Of a stretch of 64,000 bases of DNA, positions 1 through 9,517 are shown in pieces. Position 1 is the stretch's first letter. Each line of letters starts with the position of its first letter. The notes under the pieces were generated by a model. It made no database searches, was not told where the DNA came from, and saw only the letters and a program-made list of their open reading frames with translations. A program made the translations under genes and the position numbers. Source of the stretch: Spirosomataceae bacterium (GTDB lineage: Bacteria; Bacteroidota; Bacteroidia; Cytophagales; Spirosomataceae); the NCBI GenBank assembly GCA_046296415.1, contig JBKBLN010000002.1, positions 502,370-566,369 of the forward strand, given 5' to 3'.

Positions 1-1500
1 ACGGTGGGCCGAGAATATCAACCCTTGATGGGTCGTGGCCAGCATATTCGTTCCCTTCAAGGCCATTATCAATGGAAAAAATGGACCCTTGAAAGTGGAA
101 TCACCCAGCAAGATTTTGGGGGTTGGCAAGGAACCTCCATCAGCAGAAGGCCCACTTGGCTCCCTAAAAATCAATGGATCTCCTTTGCTCGATGGCACTA
201 CCAGGGAGAAAAGACCAGCGCTTGGCTGAGATCCCAGTACGTAAATGAGGTAATCGAGGCGCCCGGTCCGATCAATCCGCTGACGCAAATCGCCCGAGAT
301 CAATCTTTTATCACCCATCGTTGGATGCACCAAGGGCATTACCGCCACCGATTTCATGCCGATTGGGTCTTTCAGGCTGATGCCTCGTTTACAGACTATC
401 ACCGGAGGACCCTGACAACCCAGTTCAATTCGGAAACCAATGCCCGAACCTTATCAATGGGGGCTGGTGAACAGGACGTAGCGATCATCCAACAAGGGGT
501 TTTTCGGCCCACTCTTTCTGGGAAGCTTTCAAAGTACTGGTCATTGCAAACCGGAATGGAAGGCACTTGGGAAACCATGCTGGGACAGCGTATCACTGGA
601 AAGCCGGAAGTCTTAGACCTCGCTTGGTTTATGATTCCTACCTTTCAGAAAAACGGCCTTTCTTTAAGGCCTGGATTCCGTATGATGCAAAATTCTCGGT
701 ATGATGCTCCCCCTCTGATCCCTTCCCTTCATACCAAATGGGATATCAACGACCAATGGCAATGGCGCACCTCGTTTGCTCGGGGATTCAGGGCCCCCTC
801 ATTACGGGAACTATACTTTAATTTCTTTGATGCCAGCCATTCCATTCGAGGAAACCCGGATTTACAGGCTGAATATTCCACCAATTACCAATCCGGCATT
901 AGCTGGACCAACCCACGAACCAAACAGGTTTTTCGAAAATGGAATCTCCAAGGATTCTATAATCAATATCAAAACCTGATCACCTATGGTCAAGATCCCA
1001 CCGATCCAACGGTTTCGATGACCATTAACCTTGAAGCTATAAAAACGGGTGGAATCACGTATGAAACATTTTGGGGTGGCCGATTATGGGAACTTTCAGT
1101 TGGGTTTTTAGCCTTGGCTCGGGAGAATCTCCTGAAAAACGAGCAACTACCCTCCTGGCTATGGACGCCCGAGATCAATCTCAACGGTTCTTATCATCTT
1201 GGAACGTCAGGTTGGCAGCTGGGTATCTTTTATAAATTCACTGGGCCCCGACCTCTCTATGTCGTCGATTCCAACGGGATACGACAAGGTTCTATTGACT
1301 CATTCCAATGGATGGACCTCACGATGCAAAAGAAATGGAAAAAGAACCTGTCACTCCAGTTTGGACTTAAAAACGCCTTCAACATTACCGAAATCCAAAA
1401 TACCACAGGTACCGGTGCTGTCCATTCGGCGGGTCCTACCTTACCCACCAGCTATGGACGATCCTACTTTATAGGCCTCTCCCACCGCCTGGGTTCCTAA
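1..1500 (+). CDS. TonB-dependent outer-membrane receptor, C-terminal ~500 aa (5' end lies upstream of window); probable heme/hemoprotein receptor by context
   Basis: Frame-1 ORF is open to position 1. Beta-barrel signatures FARGFRAPSLRELYFNF and IRGNPDLQAEYS, plus terminal strand YGRSYFIGLSHRL. Directly followed by HmuY-like, hemin ABC and HemS-like genes. Confidence 0.85.
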   Translation, partial: TVGREYQPLMGRGQHIRSLQGHYQWKKWTLESGITQQDFGGWQGTSISRRPTWLPKNQWISFARWHYQGEKTSAWLRSQYVNEVIEAPGPINPLTQIARDQSFITHRWMHQGHYRHRFHADWVFQADASFTDYHRRTLTTQFNSETNARTLSMGAGEQDVAIIQQGVFRPTLSGKLSKYWSLQTGMEGTWETMLGQRITGKPEVLDLAWFMIPTFQKNGLSLRPGFRMMQNSRYDAPPLIPSLHTKWDINDQWQWRTSFARGFRAPSLRELYFNFFDASHSIRGNPDLQAEYSTNYQSGISWTNPRTKQVFRKWNLQGFYNQYQNLITYGQDPTDPTVSMTINLEAIKTGGITYETFWGGRLWELSVGFLALARENLLKNEQLPSWLWTPEINLNGSYHLGTSGWQLGIFYKFTGPRPLYVVDSNGIRQGSIDSFQWMDLTMQKKWKKNLSLQFGLKNAFNITEIQNTTGTGAVHSAGPTLPTSYGRSYFIGLSHRLGS

Positions 1501-1528
1501 TTACCTTACATTTTATTCAAAACACAAC

Positions 1529-2905
1529 ATGAAACATCCTTTTTTTAGGCTGTCTAGCCTTCTTATGGTCTTTTTACTACAAGCTTGTCAGGTAAATGAG
1601 CCACCGCTTCCACCCAATACACTTCAATTTGAAAGTAGGGAACTAGGGATGGAAGAAACCGCAACCAGTAAAGTGATTCGGCTGCAACTTAGTCGACCCG
1701 CCGAAACGGCAGGTCAAGTCGTACTTCAAATGACGACCCAAGACCTGCAATATGGGACTCATTTTACCACCAATCCGGCTTCAACGAATAATCTGCTCAC
1801 TCTACCTGTGAGTGCCGGCCAGTCAGAAATTACCTTTACCATGGAAAGACCCTCGGGTCAATTTTTTAGTGGCCAAGAATTCGTTACGTTTCAAATTGCT
1901 TCCTCCTCCGAATTCCCGACTGGGACAAACGCCCAATTGATGGTCCGTTTTGGCTCAATAGTATCCACAGGCCAGACCATTCAACTTAATGGAGGAACTG
2001 GTGGAGCCAATGCGATTCAGTCGGTGTTCCTTCATTTGGCGACGAATACCCAAACGCCCGTGGCGAGGGCCAGCTGGGACCTGCGGTTGAGTAACGGAAC
2101 CGACTTCCGAGTATTCATCAACAATATGACTGCCGCAACCGCCCTAGTCACTTCAAAGACCGACTTGGCTAGTGTCACGTCGGCAGATACGGTAGGGCGA
2201 AACCTAGCATTAACCATGTCGGCTGGACAAATGAACTTGGTTGATGATGTAACCGGAGCTTTTTCAAGATCTGTGATTCCGGCTATTTCGGCCGTCGATG
2301 CGGAAAATCCAGTGATCATCCTACAACGGGGCACGGGAGGAGCGACTCCCAGAACCGACCTACTGAAGGTCCGCATCCTACGTCAAGGAAATGGATACCG
2401 AATTCTCTACGCCCGTTTACAAGAAACCAATTTTCAAACTTTGGATGTACCCAAAACGACGGGTTCAAATCCTTTCCTTTTTGTCTCTTTAAGTGCTCAG
2501 CGGGTTGTGCCTGTCGAACCCTCGCGGTGGGACTTATCCTGGGGTGGATTTATTTACCAAACTGCTTTGGCCACGGGCGAATTGATCCCCTACTACTTCT
2601 CCGATTTGGTCTTTATTAATGCCCGTGCCGGAGTTCAGGTGGCCCAGGTTATGCAGTCAACGATTCCCTATGATGCATTTCAAGCCGCCAATTTGACCGG
2701 TCTAACGTTTTCCTCTGCACCAGATGCCATTGGATCATCTTGGCGTGTCACTTTTGGGGGTGTCGTGGGAGTTCGAACTGATCGTTACTATATCATAAGA
2801 ACCCAGGGCGGTTCCATTTATAAGGTACGATTTCTCAATTTCACTTCTGCAGATGGTGGCGAACGCGGTCGACCCACCTTAATGTACCACCTAATTCAAA
2901 AGTAA
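1529..2905 (+). CDS. HmuY-family heme-binding lipoprotein with an extra N-terminal domain
   Basis: Lipoprotein signal peptide (LLMVFLLQAC). The C-terminal half has HmuY-like hallmarks (WDLRLSNG, WDLSWGG, RYYIIRTQGGSIYKVRFLNF). Starts 28 nt after the TonB receptor stop. Confidence 0.6.
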   Translation: MKHPFFRLSSLLMVFLLQACQVNEPPLPPNTLQFESRELGMEETATSKVIRLQLSRPAETAGQVVLQMTTQDLQYGTHFTTNPASTNNLLTLPVSAGQSEITFTMERPSGQFFSGQEFVTFQIASSSEFPTGTNAQLMVRFGSIVSTGQTIQLNGGTGGANAIQSVFLHLATNTQTPVARASWDLRLSNGTDFRVFINNMTAATALVTSKTDLASVTSADTVGRNLALTMSAGQMNLVDDVTGAFSRSVIPAISAVDAENPVIILQRGTGGATPRTDLLKVRILRQGNGYRILYARLQETNFQTLDVPKTTGSNPFLFVSLSAQRVVPVEPSRWDLSWGGFIYQTALATGELIPYYFSDLVFINARAGVQVAQVMQSTIPYDAFQAANLTGLTFSSAPDAIGSSWRVTFGGVVGVRTDRYYIIRTQGGSIYKVRFLNFTSADGGERGRPTLMYHLIQK

Positions 2906-2911
2906 TGTTTT

Positions 2912-3733
2912 ATGAAAACTTTCAAATGCTTAGTATACATCCTTCTCTTCGGTAATGTCCTAACCGCTCAAGCACAACGGATCATTTCGTTATCTGGAAC
3001 ATTGACCGAGATTGTCGTGGGATTGGGGTTGGAAAAAAAACTAGTGGGGGTCGATGTGACCTCCACATACCCTGAGTCTATTCAGAAAAAAAACAAGGTT
3101 GGACATGTGCGCCAGGTAGGATCCGAGGCCATGCTGAGTTTAAAGCCTACTGAGGTCCTTGTCGTCCAAGGGAGTGGGCTCCGGCCAGAAATTGTCCGAC
3201 AACTAGAACAAGCTGGAGTGCGGGTTACTCAGTTTCAACAAACACTCACCCCCGCTGGAACCGAGGCGTTAATCCGGCAGGTAGCGGCTCATTTCAACCA
3301 AGAGGCCAAGGGAAAACAAATGATCCAGGCAATGCGATCTCAATTAAAGAAAGTCGTCCCGGGGCCAAATCCACCGAAGGTATTATTTATTTATGCTCGA
3401 GGAGCAGGATCCCTTCAAGTAAGTGGACAAAATACCTCCGTAGATCAACTTATTCGATTGGCGGGTGGCAAAAATGCGATCCAAGGCTTTGAGGATTTCA
3501 AGCCCCTGACCTCCGAGGCATTGGTTGCTTCTAATCCTGATTACCTTCTTTTGTTTCATTCTGGCTTAGAAAGCTTAGGGGGAATCGAGGGTCTTTTGAA
3601 AATTCCGGGCCTTCAATACACCACGGCTGGTAAGAAACGCCAAATTATTGAAATGGATGGATTACTGATGACTGGATTTGGTCCTCGACTTGGTTTAGCC
3701 ATTCGAACTTTAAATAAGCAATTATATCCATGA
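2912..3733 (+). CDS. hmuT: Hemin/iron-complex ABC transporter periplasmic substrate-binding protein
   Basis: Signal peptide, then RIISLSGTLTEIVVGLG and PDYLLLF motifs typical of class III (HmuT/ChuT/BtuF-like) binding proteins. Operon context. Confidence 0.8.
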   Translation: MKTFKCLVYILLFGNVLTAQAQRIISLSGTLTEIVVGLGLEKKLVGVDVTSTYPESIQKKNKVGHVRQVGSEAMLSLKPTEVLVVQGSGLRPEIVRQLEQAGVRVTQFQQTLTPAGTEALIRQVAAHFNQEAKGKQMIQAMRSQLKKVVPGPNPPKVLFIYARGAGSLQVSGQNTSVDQLIRLAGGKNAIQGFEDFKPLTSEALVASNPDYLLLFHSGLESLGGIEGLLKIPGLQYTTAGKKRQIIEMDGLLMTGFGPRLGLAIRTLNKQLYP

Positions 3734-4749
3734 AAAAAGGGTCATTCCTACTCGTGTCGTTCGGGATTCTGGGAGTTTCCATTTGGCTAGGACTTACCCA
3801 CGGGGCCATCTCCATGCCTTGGCAGGATGTCCTATCGGTACTTTGGTTTAAAAGTTGGGGCCAATCCACCAACCTGGATCAAGAATCTATTCTATGGTAT
3901 ATCCGTACTCCCCGAGTCATTTTGGGTGCGGCGGTGGGAGCTTTACTGGGTATGTGTGGTGCGGCTATGCAGGGATTATTTCGGAATCCGCTAGCCGACC
4001 CAGGCTTGACAGGTATTTCAGCCGGGGCCGCGCTTTTTGCTGTTTTGTGGATCATCCTTGGTCCTGTGTCGGAATTCAGCACACATCCGTTCATGCTCTC
4101 CGCAGCAGCATTTTTGGGTGCCGCATTGTGCTCGTTTGTCGTTTATCAATTGGCTGGGAAACATCGCAGCACATCGCCTGCCACGCTACTTCTTTCCGGT
4201 GTGGCACTAAATGCTTTAGCAGGTGCTATCACAGGATTCTGTTTATTTATCGCGACCGACGTCCAATTGCGATCCATCCAATTTTGGACCATGGGTAGCC
4301 TAGGAGGGGCTTCTTGGGAAATCGCTCAGGTGGCCTGGTTGGCTCTCGCCCCCGTGGTATTTTTTCTGCCTCGTTGGGCCAAACATTTGAATGCTTTCTC
4401 GTTGGGTCAACCCGCCGCCACCCACCTAGGATTACCGGTGCCACGGCTTACTGTTGGAATTTTACTCATTTCTACTCTCGGTGTTGGAGTATCCGTGGCA
4501 TTGTGTGGAGCCATTGGCTTTATAGGTCTTGTGATTCCTCATGTGGTTCGCTTTTTTGTAGGTGCCGATCACCGCTGGGTGATACCCGGGTCGGCGATAT
4601 GTGGGGCCGGTCTCCTTACCGCAGCGGATGTGGTCGCCCGAACCGTGGTCGTACCTGCCGAACTACCGATTGGCATCGTGACGGCACTTTTGGGTACTCC
4701 CGTATTTTTTCATCAACTACGTCGATTTCAAAATGCGCATAAACTATGA
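3730..4749 (+). CDS. hmuU: Hemin ABC transporter permease (FecCD family)
   Basis: Polytopic membrane protein with FecCD signatures (RTPRVILGAAVGALLGMCGAAMQGLFRNPLADPGLTGISAGA, ELPIGIVTALLGTPVFF). ATGA overlap with the upstream gene. Confidence 0.9.
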   Translation: MKKGSFLLVSFGILGVSIWLGLTHGAISMPWQDVLSVLWFKSWGQSTNLDQESILWYIRTPRVILGAAVGALLGMCGAAMQGLFRNPLADPGLTGISAGAALFAVLWIILGPVSEFSTHPFMLSAAAFLGAALCSFVVYQLAGKHRSTSPATLLLSGVALNALAGAITGFCLFIATDVQLRSIQFWTMGSLGGASWEIAQVAWLALAPVVFFLPRWAKHLNAFSLGQPAATHLGLPVPRLTVGILLISTLGVGVSVALCGAIGFIGLVIPHVVRFFVGADHRWVIPGSAICGAGLLTAADVVARTVVVPAELPIGIVTALLGTPVFFHQLRRFQNAHKL

Positions 4750-5576
4750 TTCAAGTTGAAAACATTCAAGTATCCACTGCCCAGAAAGTCCTCCTTTCAG
4801 AGGTCAGCTTCGAACTTCACTCAGGACAGCATTATGGCATATTAGGTCCCAATGGCGCTGGTAAATCGACCCTCCTACGGGTTTTATGTGGAGAACTTAC
4901 TCCTCAACGAGGGAAAATTACATGGTCCGGTCAAGCTTTGGCTCATTGGAAACAAAAAGAGTTGGCCAAAAAACGAGCAGTATTAGTTCAACAATCCGAA
5001 ATCAACCTCCCATTTACAGGAGCGGAACTTTTGGAGATGGGTCGATATCCTTATTTTGACTATTTCCCGGGCCCAAAAGACCACGACGTTCTTCATTTCC
5101 TTTGTCAGGAATTGGAGTTGGCGCCCTTCCTCAACCGAAGCATGTCCACCTTGTCGGGTGGGGAGCAACAACGCATCCTTCTCGGAAAAGCCCTGGCGCA
5201 GCTACTGGAAGAGCCCACTTGGGAAGGCCTTCGAGGAAAGGTTTTGCTTTTGGATGAGCCCGCCAATAATTTAGATCTTTACCACCAGTTTTTAGTCCTG
5301 AACCTTGTAGAGAAAGCCCAACAAAACGGTCTAACTGTGTTGACTGTTTTCCATGATCTCAACTTGGCCAGTCGGTATTGCCAACACGTTATTTTGTTAA
5401 AAGGAGGCACCATTGTCGCCCAAGGACCTCCACATAATGTCCTAACTACTCAGACCATTTTTAGGACTTTTCATATTTCAACGGAAATTGATCATTCAGG
5501 ACCCTTTCCGCAGATTTTAATTCCTTCATTTAATCCTATACAATCCAATGGAAACCGTCACCAACTCACTTTTTGA
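4746..5576 (+). CDS. hmuV: Hemin ABC transporter ATP-binding protein
   Basis: Walker A GPNGAGKST, signature LSGGEQQR, Walker B LLLDEP. 4-nt overlap with the permease gene. Confidence 0.9.
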   Translation: MIQVENIQVSTAQKVLLSEVSFELHSGQHYGILGPNGAGKSTLLRVLCGELTPQRGKITWSGQALAHWKQKELAKKRAVLVQQSEINLPFTGAELLEMGRYPYFDYFPGPKDHDVLHFLCQELELAPFLNRSMSTLSGGEQQRILLGKALAQLLEEPTWEGLRGKVLLLDEPANNLDLYHQFLVLNLVEKAQQNGLTVLTVFHDLNLASRYCQHVILLKGGTIVAQGPPHNVLTTQTIFRTFHISTEIDHSGPFPQILIPSFNPIQSNGNRHQLTF

Positions 5577-6567
5577 ACGCTACAATAGTTTAAAAAACGC
5601 GCATCCGCAGCTTCGCCTCAGGGAAGCGGCTCAGCACCTACATGTTTCAGAAGCCGAATTAATCGAGGCTCAAGTTCAAGGAAAATCCCTTCGGCTCAAA
5701 CCCCAGTTCCAGGACATTTTAAGTTCCATTCCAAACTTGGGCGACGTCATGGCACTTACTCGAAATGAATCCGTTGTTCATGAACGAAAAGGCACCTACC
5801 AGAACGTATCCTTTTCGGGCCACGTGGGCTTGGTACTGGGTGAAGATATAGACCTTCGACTCTTTTTACATCAATGGAAATCTGCCTTTGTGGTCGAAGA
5901 TGATCGAAATACCAGTATTCAGTTCTTCAATGCCCAAGGGATGGCCATTCATAAAATTTTTCTTCAAGCAGGGAGTTCCCAGAACGCTTTCAAACAACTG
6001 GTTGATCAGTTCCGATGGGATGATGCAGAGCCACTGCACATGGAAAGTCAGCCCAGCAAAAGGGTAGAGGAACCAGACACTGAAATCGACATACCTGCGT
6101 TCCAACAAGCTTGGCGGGACCTTCAAGACACACATGATTTTTTTCCCATGTTGCGGAAATTCAAGGTTTCACGAACCCAGGCCCTTCGTTTGGCTCCTCC
6201 AGGCTTTGCAGAACCCATTTCTATGCAAGGACTTCAGCAGGTCATGCACCAGGTGGTAAAGGAATCCTTGGAAATCATGGTTTTTGTCGGAAATCCAGGA
6301 TGTATTCAAATTCATACTGGCCCGATACACTCATGGAAACCAATGGGGCCATGGTGGAATGTTTTGGACCCCAGATTTAATTTACATCTCCGGGGAGATC
6401 AAGTTGCCTCGGCCTTCCTAGTCAAAAAACCTACAGCCGATGGAGTCGTGACTAGCCTCGAATTATTTGATGCCGAAGGCGAACAACTAGTTCAGTTTTT
6501 CGGAAAACGCAAACCCGGAATCCCAGAGCTTCCGCGTTGGCGTGGTATTCTTCAGGAATGTTTGTAA
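5548..6567 (+). CDS. hmuS: HemS/ChuS/HmuS-family hemin transport/degradation protein
   Basis: N-terminus (LKNAHPQLRLREAAQHLHVSEAELIEA), ~340 aa length and two-lobed layout are typical of the HemS/ChuS/PhuS family. Last gene of the heme operon, overlapping hmuV by 29 nt. Confidence 0.75.
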   Translation: METVTNSLFERYNSLKNAHPQLRLREAAQHLHVSEAELIEAQVQGKSLRLKPQFQDILSSIPNLGDVMALTRNESVVHERKGTYQNVSFSGHVGLVLGEDIDLRLFLHQWKSAFVVEDDRNTSIQFFNAQGMAIHKIFLQAGSSQNAFKQLVDQFRWDDAEPLHMESQPSKRVEEPDTEIDIPAFQQAWRDLQDTHDFFPMLRKFKVSRTQALRLAPPGFAEPISMQGLQQVMHQVVKESLEIMVFVGNPGCIQIHTGPIHSWKPMGPWWNVLDPRFNLHLRGDQVASAFLVKKPTADGVVTSLELFDAEGEQLVQFFGKRKPGIPELPRWRGILQECL

Positions 6568-6573
6568 TGAAGC

Positions 6574-6600
6574 ATCAAGTCCGCTTTTGGCGGACTTGAT
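6574..6600 (+). terminator. Hairpin after hmuS (11-bp perfect stem ATCAAGTCCGC / GCGGACTTGAT, 5-nt loop), no clear U-tract
   Basis: Perfect inverted repeat read directly from the sequence, 7 nt after the stop codon. Confidence 0.5.
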
Positions 6601-6690
6601 CTTGTACAGACCTTCCAGAAAGCGAGTCAAATCTTGTCGCATCGTCATAAAATTTGGTCGATACCTTCATCATCTACTTGAGGCTTTCTG

Positions 6691-6698
6691 TATATTTG
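6691..6698 (+). promoter_or_regulatory. Candidate Bacteroidota -7 promoter box TATATTTG (consensus TAnnTTTG)
   Basis: Exact consensus match in intergenic DNA, ending 27 nt before ATG 6726. Confidence 0.45.
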
Positions 6699-6725
6699 GT
6701 CTCTATTCAACCAATCCAGAACGAT

Positions 6726-7799
6726 ATGAATTCTCCTCTTCGAGTACTTGTGGTAGGCGCTGGCAATATGGGCGCTTCTCATGCCACCTCCTATCACCAC
6801 CACCCTGGCTTTCAAATCTGTGGTATTGTATCCACAGGGGCGAGCAAAATCCGTTTGAATCAAAAGTTAGGCGGTGGTTACCCCTTATTTGATGATTATT
6901 ATGCTGCACTAGCCGAAACTCGACCCGATGCCGTCTGCATATCCACTTACCCCGATACCCATGAGCCTTTTGCTTTAGCGGCAATCGAATCAGGTTGCCA
7001 TGTATTCTTGGAAAAGCCTATTGCCGATACCGTAGACGGGGCCGATCGTGTCCGGAAAGCCGCTCAAGCAGCCAATAAAAAGGTAGTGGTCGGTTATATC
7101 TTACGGCACCATCCTTCGTGGGCCAAATTTGTGGAGTTAGCCCAAACGTTGGGCAAGCCATTGGTCATGCGCATGAACCTGAATCAACAAAGTCATGGCG
7201 TGATGTGGGATGTTCACCGAAATTTGATGAAAAGCCTGAGTCCCATTGTAGATTGTGGGGTTCATTACATTGATATCATGTGTTTGATGACCCGAGCAAC
7301 CCCAATTTCAGTGACAGCGATCGGGGCCAGACTCACAGAGGATATCCCAGCGGGGAACTACAATTACGGACAACTTCAAATTCGGTTTGATGATGGATCT
7401 GTGGGATGGTATGAAGCGGCCTGGGGACCCATGGTTTCAGAAACTGCCTTTTTCATTAAAGATGTGATGGGGCCCAAAGGGTGTGTTTCGATTGTGGCCA
7501 AAGATGCCGGGGCAGCAGGCAAATCAGATGATGTAGACTCCCACACCAAAACCGAGTCCCTAAAATACCATCGAGCCGATATAGATGAAAAGAACCACTT
7601 TCTACACGCCGATACTTGGTACGACATGGAGGATGAACCTAATCACCAGGAATTATGTGATCGCGAACAAGCGTATTTTTATCAAGCCATCACAGAGAAT
7701 CTCGATCTGACCGATCATCTGGCCGATGCAGTCAATAGCCTCAAAATTGCTTTTGCTTGTGACGAATCAGTGAGAACGGGGCAGGTTGTCCACTTATAA
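6726..7799 (+). CDS. Gfo/Idh/MocA family NAD(P)-dependent oxidoreductase
   Basis: N-terminal Rossmann motif LRVLVVGAGNMGASH. Internal ATG chosen because the ORF-track start at 6654 lies upstream of the promoter box. Confidence 0.85.
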   Translation: MNSPLRVLVVGAGNMGASHATSYHHHPGFQICGIVSTGASKIRLNQKLGGGYPLFDDYYAALAETRPDAVCISTYPDTHEPFALAAIESGCHVFLEKPIADTVDGADRVRKAAQAANKKVVVGYILRHHPSWAKFVELAQTLGKPLVMRMNLNQQSHGVMWDVHRNLMKSLSPIVDCGVHYIDIMCLMTRATPISVTAIGARLTEDIPAGNYNYGQLQIRFDDGSVGWYEAAWGPMVSETAFFIKDVMGPKGCVSIVAKDAGAAGKSDDVDSHTKTESLKYHRADIDEKNHFLHADTWYDMEDEPNHQELCDREQAYFYQAITENLDLTDHLADAVNSLKIAFACDESVRTGQVVHL

Positions 7800-7857
7800 A
7801 CCACCCACTTTTCAAAAAAAATCGGTACCTTCGAGTTCCGAAATTGGAAAAAGAAGG

Positions 7858-8823
7858 ATGAATTGGAGTAAATCACCCTCCCTGATCGAATATTCATTTC
7901 TATTGATTTACCTGCTCTTTTATGGCTGGTATGTATTTAGATTGTATCGAATGTCCAGACGCCTGGGAACTAAAGCCCGGGCGTTGATCATAAAACTCAT
8001 TTTACGCACCTTTGCCTTTGGCCTAATTTGGGTAGCCATACTAGGGCCCAGTTTCGGAAAGACGGATCTAGAGTCGAGGGCCACTTCCAAAGATATTTTT
8101 TTCGTTGTCGACTTATCTCGATCCATGGATACCCGGGATGTAGCTCCGTCTCGTTTAGAAAGGACCAAGCTGATGTTGGCCCAACTTATTGAAGAATGCA
8201 AAGGAAACCGAATGGGACTTATCGTCTTTGGCGGACACGCTGAGCTTCGCGTACCCTTAACTCATGACGACCAAGCACTTTTATCTCAGGTATATCAACT
8301 TTCAACCAATCAAATGACCGCCTCTTCGACCGAAGTGTGGTCGGCCACTGACTTGGTATTGAAAAAGTTTGAGTCCTCAGCGCTCACCCACTCGGTTGCC
8401 CAAGTAGCTGTTTTGGTGACAGATGGAGAGCACTTTGGATCTGCCACCCCTAGCTTCGCTCGCCAAATCCGGCAGGCTGGAATCCATTTTTACTTAATTG
8501 GTGTGGGGACACCCCAAGGGGGGCCAGTTTTGAGAAACGGTATGGAACAACGATCCGAGACCGGAACCACGATACTCACCAAACGAGACGATGCCTTCCT
8601 TAAACGAAAAGCCCAACTTCTACAAGCGTCCTTGCACTGGTTGGACAGCAATAATCCAGATCCTGTTTTTTCTATTGTCGAAAAAATTCAAGACATTCAA
8701 CTTCCAACAGCCGATTTACGGAAAATCCTGATTGCCAATGATAAATACTATTATTTTCTAGCTCTTGCGCTCCTATTACTCTTTTTTGATGTTCTAGTTA
8801 CTGTTCCAATTTTAAAAATTTAA
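7858..8823 (+). CDS. VWA-domain membrane protein (BatA/BatB-like)
   Basis: Two N-terminal TM helices, VWA MIDAS region FFVVDLSRSMDTRD...RLERTK...GLIVFGG...VLVTDGE, and a C-terminal TM helix. ATG 7858 chosen to avoid overlapping the upstream gene. Confidence 0.75.
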   Translation: MNWSKSPSLIEYSFLLIYLLFYGWYVFRLYRMSRRLGTKARALIIKLILRTFAFGLIWVAILGPSFGKTDLESRATSKDIFFVVDLSRSMDTRDVAPSRLERTKLMLAQLIEECKGNRMGLIVFGGHAELRVPLTHDDQALLSQVYQLSTNQMTASSTEVWSATDLVLKKFESSALTHSVAQVAVLVTDGEHFGSATPSFARQIRQAGIHFYLIGVGTPQGGPVLRNGMEQRSETGTTILTKRDDAFLKRKAQLLQASLHWLDSNNPDPVFSIVEKIQDIQLPTADLRKILIANDKYYYFLALALLLLFFDVLVTVPILKI

Positions 8824-8826
8824 TAC

Positions 8827-9483
8827 GTGCATTTTTTTTGGATCTACTTTTTTTTCCTTTGGTTCAACCTCCCCTCTTGGTTGCGGGTGGAGGAGCGGAA
8901 TCGTTTAAAAAAAGAAATCCTCATTGCCTATCAAAAGGGAGATGCCGAAGAAGTGATCACCCGTGCCCGAATTTACCAGTCGATAAGTACTATTGTAGAA
9001 CCGGACATAAGGTGGATGGCCAGCCAAGCGCTTTTGAAATTAAATCAAAAAGAGCTCGCTCGAAACGAGTTAAATCAATTGTTGGCCCGAACCGACGGGC
9101 GCTTTCTATCAGATGTTTACGTATCTTTAGCGCGTCTCACACTACAAGAAAAAGACACAGCCCAAAGTATTCTTTTTTTGGAAAAGGCCATCCTGGAGGA
9201 TCCAGAACATACCACGGCTCAATTCAATTATGAATTATTAAAAAAGTTATATCAACCTCAAGGAAATCCTCCACCTCCCAAAGGGGCCAATCAGATCCCA
9301 CAAGAGGGAGGTGACGTCGTGCTTTCACCCGAAAAAGACGCCTCTCTCTCCAACGATCCTCCGACTCGCATTCCCCGAGAACGCGCTCTTCAAATGCTCG
9401 ACAATCTACGTGCCAACGAAAGGTCCAATGGAATTTCCAAAAAAAATACAACATCCCCCACCAATCCCAAAAATGATTGGTAA
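8827..9483 (+). CDS. TPR-repeat protein with N-terminal TM segment (BatC-like)
   Basis: GTG start 3 nt after the VWA gene stop. Helical repeat region, then a Pro-rich low-complexity tail. Confidence 0.5.
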   Translation: MHFFWIYFFFLWFNLPSWLRVEERNRLKKEILIAYQKGDAEEVITRARIYQSISTIVEPDIRWMASQALLKLNQKELARNELNQLLARTDGRFLSDVYVSLARLTLQEKDTAQSILFLEKAILEDPEHTTAQFNYELLKKLYQPQGNPPPPKGANQIPQEGGDVVLSPEKDASLSNDPPTRIPRERALQMLDNLRANERSNGISKKNTTSPTNPKNDW

Positions 9484-9488
9484 TTTTG
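9481..9488 (+). promoter_or_regulatory. Candidate -7 promoter box TAATTTTG
   Basis: Exact TAnnTTTG match overlapping the stop codon of the upstream gene, ending 29 nt before the purC ATG at 9518. Confidence 0.4.
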
Positions 9489-9517
9489 AACTTCCTTTTT
9501 ACAAGCTACACGATTAT

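Noticed and set aside
3855-4742. Two long alternative-frame ORFs (147 and 142 aa) inside the hmuU permease gene.
   Set aside because: They lie on the same strand but out of frame within a gene that has strong FecCD motifs. Their translations are Arg/Cys/Gly-rich low-information sequences typical of frame shadows.
9311-9517. N-terminal extensions of ORF-track models: purC here, and also 6654..6725, 7786..7857, 10419..10469, 16567..16608, 17981..18079, 20390..20548, 46243..46278, 59629..59667 and 62347..62400.
   Set aside because: The extensions overlap upstream genes or promoter boxes, lack homology-like sequence, and often begin at non-ATG codons. Internal ATGs give canonical N-termini (Rossmann folds, signal peptides, conserved family starts).
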